From assembly GCA_034189385.1 (NCBI GenBank), contig JAXHVD010000001.1:224001-288000 (forward strand): 64,000 nucleotides of DNA, read 5' to 3'. The stretch comes from Thermodesulfobacteriota bacterium. GTDB taxonomy: Bacteria; Desulfobacterota; Desulfobacteria; Desulfobacterales; C00003060. This document shows positions 51,633-61,409 of the stretch, piece by piece. The position numbers were made by a program, and so were the translations under genes. Every line of letters begins with the position of its first letter. Position 1 is the stretch's first letter. Below the pieces are notes generated by a model that was not told the DNA's origin, searched no databases, and saw nothing but the letters and a program-made list of their open reading frames with translations.

Positions 51633-53333
51633 TTGCTTTGGAATTTTCTCCAGAAGAAAGCACCCATCTATCCCACGAAACCTGGCAAGATTATACTACA
51701 GACTACTATCAGAAAGCTGAATCGAAATAACGTCATTGGGCATTTCATTGTGTCTGTCGCTGCGGTATCCATTTTTGTCGCCAATATACCGCACTCTGGT
51801 TTGTGGTACCCAGACTCAGCGGGACACGCCCTGAATGGTGTCTTCTACAGGGACATGATTGAAGACGGCGGATTTCTCCACCCTCGGACCTATGCAGAAA
51901 GATATTACGTACAGTATCCGCACCTTACAGTCGCCGCATGGCCTCCGGTCTTTTACAGTATAGAGGCTCTGCTCTTTGGGCTGCTTGGAATATCTTCGGT
52001 CACCGCAAAGTTAGCGGTTTTGCTATTTAGTCTTCTGGGAATTAATATGTTTTTCTTGTTGTGCAGACTCTGGTTCCCCTTGGGTCTGTCAGTGATTGCT
52101 TCCATATTATGCCTTTTGCAGCCCGTCATGTTGTTTGGTCAGAAAAATGTGATGCTAGAAATGCCAGCCCTGGCGGTGAGCATAGCAGCTCTCTACTGCC
52201 TATATATCGGTACGGAAAGGAATAACTCCTGGGCGTTGTTCTTCACACCATTGTTTATGGCTTTGGCGTTTCTTACAAAACAAAGTGCCGTATTTCTGTT
52301 ACCTATGTGGCTATTATGGATGATACTGGGTAAGGAATGGCACACGATTTGGTCGCGGTCCTTTGTCTCAGGAGTTTTAGTTGGTGCCGTGGCCTTGATC
52401 CCGTGGATAATTATAAGCTTTACTTCAAGCCGGTTTTATGTGAGTTCAGCCGTCTTCAAAGCACGTCACATATGGCCCAACTTCCTTTCCTATATGAAGG
52501 ATTCTTCTGAGATCGTTTCAACTATGGTTATCCTTTTGTCGATTGCTTCTATTACCCTCTTCACTAAGCTCAGGTCCAGGCGTGGCTACACGTTTGCTCT
52601 TATGTGGGCGGGGACTGTGTCATTGTGCTTATTACTGTATGATAAACGGATTGTCTCACCGGAGCCTCGGCAAGCCATCTTCCTTGTGCCTGCACTGATA
52701 ATTTTGTGTATGGAAGCAATGTTGTTTTTCAAAAAGAACGCTGAATCTTTCCTTCGCGGCAGGCGAGCCTTTTCAATTGTGCTGATTATTCTAATCTGCT
52801 TGCACCTGAGTCCTGAGAAGTTGTGGGGCGGCCCGGACATTCAGGGGTTTGATAAGGCAGCAGACTTTGTAGTAAAAGATCTAGATTGCGTGTCCGTCCT
52901 TTACGACGGCTATTTCAGTGCTAATTTTGTTTTCCACATGCGGGCGCGAGATAAAGACAGACGTGTATTTGTTTTTCGGTCCAGCAAGGTAGTTTACTCT
53001 ACAAAGTGGCTCCTTCATTTTGATTACAACGAATTGATAACTGAGGAAAGTGAATTCTTTGAACTTCTTGATCGCTATTCGATTAAATATATTGTTCAAG
53101 AGGAAAAGGACTTCTTGGGAACTCCAGCAATTGAAAGGTTGCGTCAATGGGTGCAGAAGGAAGGATTCACAGTGGTTGAAGAGCATTCCATTGACTGTCG
53201 GGCTCTTAGTAGCTTTGGGAGTCTTGTGGTCTATGAGTATTTGGACTATGAAGCCAAGCCAATCAGACGAATAGATCTGGACATGCCAGTCCTCGGGCGT
53301 CAGCTGAGTGTGGAAGTTCAAAAAGGGATGTGA
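51633..53333 (+). CDS. GT-C membrane glycosyltransferase (ArnT/PMT-like)
   Basis: Many TM helices, WYPD, WPP, FLTKQ; start uncertain. Confidence 0.75.
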   Translation: MLWNFLQKKAPIYPTKPGKIILQTTIRKLNRNNVIGHFIVSVAAVSIFVANIPHSGLWYPDSAGHALNGVFYRDMIEDGGFLHPRTYAERYYVQYPHLTVAAWPPVFYSIEALLFGLLGISSVTAKLAVLLFSLLGINMFFLLCRLWFPLGLSVIASILCLLQPVMLFGQKNVMLEMPALAVSIAALYCLYIGTERNNSWALFFTPLFMALAFLTKQSAVFLLPMWLLWMILGKEWHTIWSRSFVSGVLVGAVALIPWIIISFTSSRFYVSSAVFKARHIWPNFLSYMKDSSEIVSTMVILLSIASITLFTKLRSRRGYTFALMWAGTVSLCLLLYDKRIVSPEPRQAIFLVPALIILCMEAMLFFKKNAESFLRGRRAFSIVLIILICLHLSPEKLWGGPDIQGFDKAADFVVKDLDCVSVLYDGYFSANFVFHMRARDKDRRVFVFRSSKVVYSTKWLLHFDYNELITEESEFFELLDRYSIKYIVQEEKDFLGTPAIERLRQWVQKEGFTVVEEHSIDCRALSSFGSLVVYEYLDYEAKPIRRIDLDMPVLGRQLSVEVQKGM

Positions 53334-53423
53334 GTTTTTACTATAGACGGGTTTATTTGGTGACATTTGATTCTGAGCATGTAGGGGGCAGATGGGAATG
53401 GGTCAAGTTGTGCCAAAACAAAC

Positions 53424-53651
53424 GGGCCTTTGTACAACGCATTCTCACCCGGTTGTGTGGGCTTTTTGAGCTAGACACGGTCGCGACTTGTTGGCTAGAT
53501 CGCGAGAACTCTCCGCCTGATGCCGGTCACACAGTTCACGATTTGTCCACTTTCTTGGGCCGCTCACGGCAGCCGGAAGGGTACCCCCATAAGTTCAGCC
53601 CGTTGTTCGATGAATGGCGTCGTCTGTTGACAGAAGCATTGCATGGAGTCT
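53424..53651. mobile_element. MITE family B, degenerate copy
   Basis: GGGCCTTTGTACAAC left end; internal AACTCTCCGCCTG..GGGCCGCTCACGGCAGCCG shared with the 60583 region. Confidence 0.55.
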
Positions 53652-53751
53652 AGGCGAAAATTAGTGCGCTTGAGAATTCACTGAAAAGGTAAATATCGGT
53701 TTGGAGGTATATCTTCGGGGAAAGGGATAACGGACAGCGGAGAACGGACAC

Positions 53752-54477
53752 ATGAGAGCAGTTATCTTGGCAGGAGGCAAGGGCCGACGCTTGCTTCCCT
53801 ATACGACGGTCATCCCAAAACCACTCATGCCGGTGGGGGGGCGGCCCATACTGGAGGTGATCATAAGGCAGCTGAAATCCAGTGGGTTTTCTCGTGTAAC
53901 CCTGGCTGTTGGCTACCTGGCAGAATTAATTGAGGCTTACTTTGGTGATGGGACCAAATACGGAATCCGAGTTGATTATTCCAGAGAAGATAAGCCCTTG
54001 GGCACGATTGGGTCGCTTTCCCTTATTGAGGGGCTCGACGAGACCTTTATGGTCATGAACGGCGATGTTCTCACCAACTTGGATTATGCAGATTTGGTGG
54101 GCTTTCATGATAAACACGGTGCAGTGGCCACTATTGCTACCTGTAATAGGGACGTGAACATCGATTTGGGGATTCTAGAATTGGACGGCGACCTCCAAAT
54201 AATGGACTATATAGAAAAGCCAACCTTCAAACACCATGTGAGCATGGGGGTTTATGCATTTGAGCCCGAAATACTCGACTTTATAGAGGCCGAAAAGTAT
54301 CTGGACTTCCCCGACCTTGTCCTTGCCCTTATAAAGGGCGGCAGGAGGGTGATGGCCTTTCCCTTTGATGGATATTGGTTAGATATTGGGCGACATGAGG
54401 ACTATGCCCAAGCCCTGGAAGAGTTTGAGACCCTCGAGGAATTTGAGACGCTTAAGGAGAAGCTTCACATTGAGTGA
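53752..54477 (+). CDS. Sugar-phosphate nucleotidyltransferase
   Basis: LAGGKGRRL, PKPL, PLGT, NGD, WLDIG. Confidence 0.92.
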   Translation: MRAVILAGGKGRRLLPYTTVIPKPLMPVGGRPILEVIIRQLKSSGFSRVTLAVGYLAELIEAYFGDGTKYGIRVDYSREDKPLGTIGSLSLIEGLDETFMVMNGDVLTNLDYADLVGFHDKHGAVATIATCNRDVNIDLGILELDGDLQIMDYIEKPTFKHHVSMGVYAFEPEILDFIEAEKYLDFPDLVLALIKGGRRVMAFPFDGYWLDIGRHEDYAQALEEFETLEEFETLKEKLHIE

Positions 54478-55828
54478 ATGGAAAGTGCCCCTCTTTGATT
54501 TAGATGTAGGAGACGAGGAGAAGGAAAGCGTAGAGGGGGTTTTGGATTCGAACTGGTTGACCATGGGCGAGGTAACCCGAGATTTTGAGTCTGCTTTTGC
54601 GGACTATGTTGGCATAAAACACACGCTGGCTGTCAGTTCAGGGACAGCTGCCATGCACCTTGCCCATATGGCCCTGGGGTTGGGGCATGGTGATGAGGTG
54701 ATTTGTCCTTCACTTACCTTTGTGGCTACTGCCAATGCGATACGATATACGGGAGCAACACCAGTGTTTGCGGACATACAGAGTCAAGACGACCTTAACA
54801 TATCTCCTGCGGATATCGAGTCAAAGATCACGGAGCAGACCAGGGCGATTGCCGTAGTCCACTACGCAGGCTTCCCATGCGATATGGACAGCATCATGGA
54901 AATAGCGCGGACGCACGACCTTTTTGTTATCGAAGATGCTGCTCATGCCGTTGGCGGGGAATACGTGAGCTCAAGGCTGAGGGCTGAAAGCTCAAAGCAG
55001 GAGAGTGAGGGCTCCAGGCTGAAAATGGGCTCAAAGCTCCCCGGTGAAATGGTCCCTAGTCGTCGGGAATTTCACGGGGCGGGGAACGCTGAAAGCTCAA
55101 AGCCAGAGGCCAGACAACGGAGAACGGACAACGGAGAACAGACAACAGGCAATAGGCAACAGAGACCGGATAACGGACGTAGTCGCAAGCTGGGTACTAT
55201 TGGTGACATTGGGTGCTTCAGCTTTTTTGGAAATAAGAACATGACCACGGCTGAGGGGGGCATGGTTGTCACGGATAGGGATGATTTGGCAGAGAGGATG
55301 AAAATCGCCCGGTCCCACGGCATGACAAGCCTGACCTGGGACAGGTACAAAGGCCATGAATTCAGCTATGACGTGGTCCAGATGGGCTTCAACTATCGAA
55401 TAGACGAACTGCGTTCCAGCCTGGGGATTGCCCAGTTGAAAAAACTGGACAAGAACAACAGGGCACGCAGGTCACTGTGGTCGCTTTACAAGGATAAGTT
55501 GGAGGGTATTGAGGAGATTAGGGTCCCCTTTGCTAAGTTTGATGGGATTTCATCCTGCCACATTTTTCCTGTTTTGCTGTCAGAAAACATCGAGAGAGAT
55601 AGCCTGATGGAATATCTGCGCGGCCAGGGCATCCAAACAAGTATCCACTATCCTCCTGTCCACCTGTTTTCCTACTATAAGAAACTGGGGCTATCAGAAC
55701 CTGATCTGCCTCTTACAGAATATGTGGGCAGAAGAGAGGTAACCTTACCCCTCTTTCCCACTATGGGGGCGGGGGATGTTGAATATGTTGTGAAGGCCAT
55801 ACAAGGATACCTGGCTAATCGATATTGA
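54470..55828 (+). CDS. DegT/DnrJ/StrS aminotransferase with a ~70-aa in-frame insertion
   Basis: SSGTAAMH, TFVATAN, EDAAHA, FSFFGNKNMTTAEGG, GFNYR; RBS AAGGAG before TTG. Confidence 0.92.
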   Translation: MSEWKVPLFDLDVGDEEKESVEGVLDSNWLTMGEVTRDFESAFADYVGIKHTLAVSSGTAAMHLAHMALGLGHGDEVICPSLTFVATANAIRYTGATPVFADIQSQDDLNISPADIESKITEQTRAIAVVHYAGFPCDMDSIMEIARTHDLFVIEDAAHAVGGEYVSSRLRAESSKQESEGSRLKMGSKLPGEMVPSRREFHGAGNAESSKPEARQRRTDNGEQTTGNRQQRPDNGRSRKLGTIGDIGCFSFFGNKNMTTAEGGMVVTDRDDLAERMKIARSHGMTSLTWDRYKGHEFSYDVVQMGFNYRIDELRSSLGIAQLKKLDKNNRARRSLWSLYKDKLEGIEEIRVPFAKFDGISSCHIFPVLLSENIERDSLMEYLRGQGIQTSIHYPPVHLFSYYKKLGLSEPDLPLTEYVGRREVTLPLFPTMGAGDVEYVVKAIQGYLANRY

Positions 55829-56227
55829 TGATTTTCCCTTTGCCGTTGCTCCCTGTTAAATAGACCGTGCATGTATCGGGATAGGAAAGCAGCAGATGAA
55901 AATGAGATCTCTCTGCACTCTAAGGTTTCAGCGAAGTGGGCGGCGAAAAAGTCTATGAAATTATAAGATTAGATCCAACCGGACAGATGGCATTTTTTAT
56001 GCATGTTGTTTTTTGCGGAGCCTGCACCATTGCCGAGAGGCCGATAAAGCACGCACACTCAAGAGGTATTGCCCTGTCATACTAAACATGATATAATTAG
56101 ATAAAATTAATAGTCCATAGGTCAAACGATGTATTCTTTCAGTATGTTATAGCTAGTTTTAGGTATCTCAAGGCTCTTGCTTAGAATTCTTGATAGTATG
56201 ATTCACCAGAAAAGGCACGGAGGGCCC

Positions 56228-56956
56228 ATGACTGGCAGGCTCTTGAAGGTATCCGCTGTATTTATTCTCCTCATCATGCTTGTTGCGTGCTCCACTACAG
56301 AGTCTCTGGGTCCGCAAGGAATGGAAGGGGCCATGATGGCAGAGCCGCTTGGAGACTACCACCTCCGGCCTGGAGATGAAATCCAAATAAGATTTTTTTA
56401 CAATCCGGACTTAAACGAAACACTGATGGTCGGTCCTGATGGAAAGATATGCTTGCCGCTCCTTGATGAGATTCTTGTGGCAGGCTTGACGAGTTCTCAA
56501 GTGGATGACGTTCTTACAAAAGCCTATCTTAAGCACCTGGCAAATGTGAGTATCAATGTGACAGTGAGAGAGTACTCTGGACTGAAGGTGTACGTGGGAG
56601 GTGAAGTGGCCAGACCGGGTTTTTATTCCCTCAAAGGCAACATGTCCGTCCTGGAGGCGATCTTGGCCGCGAATGGGTTTAAGGAGACAGCGAAGCCTGA
56701 GAGTGTGGTCCTTGTGCGAAAAGGACCCGGAAATAGGCCTGTGGCCATGGCTGTGGACCTGAGGCCTGTCCTGTCTGGTGAGCAACTGGAGAACGACATC
56801 TATGTGATGCCATCGGATATTGTCTATGTGCCTAAGACCTTTGTCGCCAAGGCAGGCAAGTTTGTGGACCAGTATCTGAGAAGAGTGTTGTTTCTGGATG
56901 CCATCATGCAGGGCGCAGGCTGGGCACTTGGAGACGAGTGGGTAAGAAGCAACTGA
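56228..56956 (+). CDS. wza: Polysaccharide export lipoprotein (Wza-like)
   Basis: Lipobox LVAC, YHLRPGD, VGPDGKI, VGGEVARPG, DIVYVP. Confidence 0.88.
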   Translation: MTGRLLKVSAVFILLIMLVACSTTESLGPQGMEGAMMAEPLGDYHLRPGDEIQIRFFYNPDLNETLMVGPDGKICLPLLDEILVAGLTSSQVDDVLTKAYLKHLANVSINVTVREYSGLKVYVGGEVARPGFYSLKGNMSVLEAILAANGFKETAKPESVVLVRKGPGNRPVAMAVDLRPVLSGEQLENDIYVMPSDIVYVPKTFVAKAGKFVDQYLRRVLFLDAIMQGAGWALGDEWVRSN

Positions 56957-56972
56957 TGAAGGGTTTCGAATA

Positions 56973-59228
56973 ATGGATTCGGCATACAGACAAGAGAAAA
57001 GGAGGTCTCGCCGTGATGTGGCAGGCGTTCTTTTTCGGAGGAAATGGGCCATCCTAGCGGTTTTTCTGTCCACTGTTATACCAGTCACGGTGTACACTCT
57101 TTTGCAGGCCCCTATTTACCAAGCGGAGTCACGTATTTTGGTAAAGCCCGGCAGAGAGAACATTTATGTTTCACCTGTGGGAGCACCAGAGGGGGCTCAT
57201 CCACCCACGATCGTTCAGCGGGTAGCTGAGGTTATTAATTCAGAGATCGAGATTATCAGAAGCAGGGTTCTCATCCGCAGGGTTTTGGAAGAGGTAGAAA
57301 TTGCCAAGGCCTTCCCTCCTCGAGGGTCGAAAAACTCTGGGGTATCCCACGTCAGTGAATCGCTTCCCGGGAAGGTCTTAAAGAAAGTAGGCCTGGCAGG
57401 GGTTTTCCCTCCTGCCCTTTTGGAAGATTCCGTGGCAGCCCAGGAGGTTGAAGCGCCCCCTTTAGCCGTTGCCGTGCGCAGGGTGTTAGCCAACCTATCG
57501 GTGGAACGACTCAAGGGTACAGATGTTATCAGGGTTGGGTTCAAATCTCCTGACCCCGATATTCCAGCTCGGTTTCTCAATGTCCTTGTGGAACGTTATC
57601 TTGAGCGCCACCTTGAGGTGCACCAAAGCAAGAAATCAGCTGATTTCTTTAAGGCTCAATCAAGGAATCTGGCCCAGAAATTGAGGACCGCCACAAGCGA
57701 GCTGGCAGAATTCAACAAGAAATACGGTATCGTCAATTTTGAACAGAAGAAGGAACTCATCCTTAAGAAATACACCGAGATAGAAGCGGCAATCAAAGAC
57801 AATGAGGCCGAAATCCTGGGTAGCCGACGGAGGATAGAGACCTTGAGGGCAAAGCTTGCAAGAACGCCGGAACACGAGTATGCAGGCCAGCACGAGACGC
57901 CCGATTCTGCTGTCATCAATGATTTGAAGAAAAAACTCGCTGACTTGGAGTTGGAAAAGCTGCGGCTCATGCACAAATACAAGCCGGAGAATCCCAAGAT
58001 CACAAACGTGAATGAGTTGATGGCGAGGGCCAAGGAGATGTTAGAGGTCGAACAGGAGAAATTCCATGGCTCGGTCTCTACCGAAGTGAATGCGAACCAT
58101 CAAAAACTGGAATTTGAGCTGATGATGGAGGAAGTCCGCTTGGAGGCCCTTGAGAGCCAGCAATCGGAGCTGGGGACGCAGTTGATAGAATATGGGCGCA
58201 AGGTTGAGAGGCTGGGCTTGCTGGAGCCGGAACTGAGGGCTCGTGAGAGGACTGTCACGGCCCACGAACAGACTTACAGGCTCTATCTTACGAAGTTTGA
58301 AGAGAGCAGGGTATCCGATGCCATGGATGCCGCCAAGATGGTCAGTGTGACCGTTGTTGAACCAGCCCGGCCTCCTCTTGGCCCCCTTCCGGCTCACAAG
58401 GCATTGAACATTTTTGTGAGCATCTGCCTCGGGGGGCTGGCGGCTTTAGGCCTGGCTTTCTTGGTGGAATACTTTGACCAGAGCTTCAAGGTCCCAGAAG
58501 ATATTAGAGATGATCTTGGGTTGCCCGTACTCGGAGCTGTGAGGGATCTGCGACGCAAGGAAATGGAAGACGTGGAAGCCCTTGGTTATAGTTCCACGTC
58601 TCCCATTCACTATCAGACGATCAAGAGCGGCGTGGTGATGGGTGCTGAGGAAAAAGGGCTTAAACTATTGTGCATTTGCAGCCCTACGCCGCATGAAGGT
58701 TGTTCCACAATTGCCATCAATATTGCCGCATCCCTGGCAAAAGACAGGCGATGTCGAGTGGTCCTAGTGGATGCAAACTTTCGGAACCCTACGTTGCACG
58801 CCAGTTTCAACCTTCCAAACAAGACCGGATTCTCGGATATTGTCCAGGAGGGTACAGATGTTCGAGAGGCGGTCAATGAATCAGCCATTCCCGGTCTCTT
58901 TGTTATCACCAGCGGTGTCAGTATGAAGAACCCGATGGCTGTTCTTGAATCAGATAGAATGGAAGAGGTCATAAAGCTTCTAAAAGAAGAATTTGAATGG
59001 GTACTCTTTGATTGTGCGCCTACAAAGTATTTCCCTGACTCCTCTGTTCTGGCACGCCGGCTGGCCGGTGAGATGGGCGTTGTCTTGGTTGTTCGGGCAG
59101 AACACAAGCACGCGGACATAGCTGTCCAGGCCAAAGAAAGCATGGAGGAAGCAGGTGGAAAGGTTCTTGGCGCAGTGCTTAACCGACAGAGATATGTCAT
59201 TCCTGAAACAGTTTACAGAAGACTGTGA
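56973..59228 (+). CDS. wzc: Wzc/GumC-type co-polymerase with tyrosine-kinase-like domain
   Basis: Two TM helices, periplasmic coiled coil, VDANFRNP, FDCAP, GAVLN; Walker A reads HEGCST. Confidence 0.88.
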   Translation: MDSAYRQEKRRSRRDVAGVLFRRKWAILAVFLSTVIPVTVYTLLQAPIYQAESRILVKPGRENIYVSPVGAPEGAHPPTIVQRVAEVINSEIEIIRSRVLIRRVLEEVEIAKAFPPRGSKNSGVSHVSESLPGKVLKKVGLAGVFPPALLEDSVAAQEVEAPPLAVAVRRVLANLSVERLKGTDVIRVGFKSPDPDIPARFLNVLVERYLERHLEVHQSKKSADFFKAQSRNLAQKLRTATSELAEFNKKYGIVNFEQKKELILKKYTEIEAAIKDNEAEILGSRRRIETLRAKLARTPEHEYAGQHETPDSAVINDLKKKLADLELEKLRLMHKYKPENPKITNVNELMARAKEMLEVEQEKFHGSVSTEVNANHQKLEFELMMEEVRLEALESQQSELGTQLIEYGRKVERLGLLEPELRARERTVTAHEQTYRLYLTKFEESRVSDAMDAAKMVSVTVVEPARPPLGPLPAHKALNIFVSICLGGLAALGLAFLVEYFDQSFKVPEDIRDDLGLPVLGAVRDLRRKEMEDVEALGYSSTSPIHYQTIKSGVVMGAEEKGLKLLCICSPTPHEGCSTIAINIAASLAKDRRCRVVLVDANFRNPTLHASFNLPNKTGFSDIVQEGTDVREAVNESAIPGLFVITSGVSMKNPMAVLESDRMEEVIKLLKEEFEWVLFDCAPTKYFPDSSVLARRLAGEMGVVLVVRAEHKHADIAVQAKESMEEAGGKVLGAVLNRQRYVIPETVYRRL

Positions 59229-59456
59229 TAGGGCCTTCCCTGCCCCCTTGCACAACCCCTTTTCACTCAGTTCTGTGAGCTTCTTAGTCCGCTAGACCGG
59301 TCACAGCAACCAGACTGTTGGTCAAAAAGGGCTGCAATGAAGGTTGGAATGAGTGATTCAAAGCCCTTCCGGCCTGAGACTATCAATGTGATAGGGTGTG
59401 CATCTTATTTATCTGCTATGCACTGTCCCTCTGGACGGGCATGGAAGTTTTTCTGA

Positions 59457-59597
59457 GAGACCTTTGCACAACCTCTTCTTACTGGGTTTTGTAGACTTTT
59501 TGATGCGCCACGGCGGACCGCTCATCCCGACGGAGTCGGGAACGGGTACCCCAAAAAGACCCACAATGAACGTTCGAAAGAGTTATGGAAAGGCCCC
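59457..59597. mobile_element. MITE family B copy
   Basis: GAGACCTTTGCACAAC ... GTTATGGAAAGGCCCC. Confidence 0.65.
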
Positions 59598-59914
59598 TTG
59601 ATTCATTCTGCCCAAAATAGTGGCATATTGTATGAAAAAAAATAGCCACAAGTGGAATTTGCTATTGTAATGTGTTATGGTTGTCTCCGATCTGTGACCC
59701 CCAACACGGATACGTTACATCTACTCCCACTCCGCAATCATCTCTGCCCGTTGGGTGGCGAGCTCCCGGATAGTGATAGCGACAATAATGCCCCAACGGC
59801 TTGACCTGGCACGTTTTTCCCCTTAACAAGAGGAAGTCCAGTGAGAGCGGCAGCGCTGGGTTCGGTTCAGGCAAGCTGGTGGTTATGGAGAATATAGAGA
59901 AAAGGAGTGTTCAT

Positions 59915-60523
59915 GTGAAAAGAAAATCATTTGCGGTAATCTTGAGTCTTATGTTCTGCCTTCTTCTGGCCAATCCTCTGCAAAGTTGTGTGGGACGGCT
60001 TCTCGTTGTTGCGATCAACAACTCCACAGATCAAGTTATCATGGGGCAAATGTTGTCTATCCTGATCAATGAGAGAACAGGGACCACCGTTGACATTATA
60101 CAAGCGGGTGACGTGAAGACGTGCCATGAGGCGGTACTCAAGGGAGAGGCTGACATTTATGTCAATTACATAGGAGATGGACTGGCTTTGACTGGGGGGG
60201 GCGGAGGAGATGACCCTCAAAAGGTCTACACATTGGTCAGCCAGTCCTTTATGGAGAGGTTCGGAATGGTCTGGCTAAAGCCCTTTGGTTTCAAGGGCCC
60301 GTTGACCATAAAGGGCGATTCTAACAAGAAAGGGAGTGGCAGCTTAGCTGCACCAGTCACGACCAAGGATGTATTGAGAAAGTTCCCTGTTCTGGACAGG
60401 CTGATAAACAAACTGGGAGGTAGGGTGGACAACAGTATCATGGAAGAACTGAAGAGAAAGGCAGAAGGCCAAGAAGTCAAAGAGGTCGTGAGGGAGTTTC
60501 TGAAGGCCCACAAGCTGATCTAG
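59915..60523 (+). CDS. OpuAC-like (glycine-betaine-binding-fold) exported protein
   Basis: RBS AAGGAG; signal peptide then CVGR; LINERTGT, DIYVNY, WLKPFGF. Confidence 0.75.
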   Translation: MKRKSFAVILSLMFCLLLANPLQSCVGRLLVVAINNSTDQVIMGQMLSILINERTGTTVDIIQAGDVKTCHEAVLKGEADIYVNYIGDGLALTGGGGGDDPQKVYTLVSQSFMERFGMVWLKPFGFKGPLTIKGDSNKKGSGSLAAPVTTKDVLRKFPVLDRLINKLGGRVDNSIMEELKRKAEGQEVKEVVREFLKAHKLI

Positions 60524-60544
60524 GGATGATCAAGGCCGGTGGCG

Positions 60545-60709
60545 ATCTGCAACAGGTCGGGCGGCCTTATTCGCCAAATCGCGAAAACTCTCCGCCTGAG
60601 GCGGATCAAAAGTTCACGATTTACCCACTATCGTGGGCCGCTCACAGCAGCCGAATGGGTGCCCCAAATAGCTCACAATGACCGTTCGGAAGAGTTATGC
60701 AAAGCTCTC
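60545..60709. mobile_element. MITE family B copy (left end uncertain)
   Basis: Right end GTTATGCAAAGCTCTC; internal modules shared with other copies. Confidence 0.6.
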
Positions 60710-60854
60710 ACCTTGTGTACTGGCTTCACGTATGTTATCTAGCGGGGCTCCACCCTTCAGACAGCAGGTGCAGTCTTTTCGTGAAGGGTCTGGGTCATGA
60801 GCAGAAGTGATGAATCTGAAATAAGCAGATGGAAAAGGGAGGAACCGCCATAAT

Positions 60855-61349
60855 ATGAATAAGTCATTCCTTGCGATTGTCTTGTGCCTGGTTTGGACGG
60901 GATCTGCCTGGAGCCACGGGGACATTTCGAAACTCCCTAGTTCAGTGCAGATTATGCAATATAGACTGGGCCTGTACATGAACCCGGACGATTTAGCTAT
61001 CCGCAATAAACTGGCCATGGCCCTTTACCGAACGAACCAGTTAAGGGAGGCGGAACAGGAACTAAAGCATATACTTGAAACGGATCCCGTGAATTTTGAC
61101 GCCCTTGACGGATTGGGGATTGTGCTTATTAAGATAGGTAGGGACGATGAGGCCCTGGAGCAATTGAAGAAGGCCGTGAAGATCAATGAACAGGATGTGA
61201 TGGTCCATGTCCATCTGTCCGTTGTCTATGACAAGATGAAACTGGTGAATCACGCCCAGAGTGAGCTGGAAAAAGCGAGGTCCCTTACAACGGCTCCGGC
61301 CGAGCTTGAGAACATAGAGAAAGAACGAACGCTGGTGAAAGGTCCTTAG
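60855..61349 (+). CDS. Exported TPR protein
   Basis: RBS GGAGG, signal peptide AWS-HG, about 3 TPRs. Confidence 0.82.
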   Translation: MNKSFLAIVLCLVWTGSAWSHGDISKLPSSVQIMQYRLGLYMNPDDLAIRNKLAMALYRTNQLREAEQELKHILETDPVNFDALDGLGIVLIKIGRDDEALEQLKKAVKINEQDVMVHVHLSVVYDKMKLVNHAQSELEKARSLTTAPAELENIEKERTLVKGP

Positions 61350-61409
61350 TGCGAAGTACTGGTTACGTAGTTTCAATCGGTGACAAGACTTTTAGAGGTT
61401 AAGAATTTT

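Noticed and set aside
53330..53653. 107-aa ORF inside the polysaccharide cluster
   Set aside because: Mostly overlaps a family B MITE; probably spurious
54415..54453. LEEFET duplication at the nucleotidyltransferase C-terminus
   Set aside because: A real 18-bp tandem duplication, but a trivial in-frame tail change
59805..59825. Sigma54 promoter (TGGCACG)
   Set aside because: The -12 TTGC element is absent
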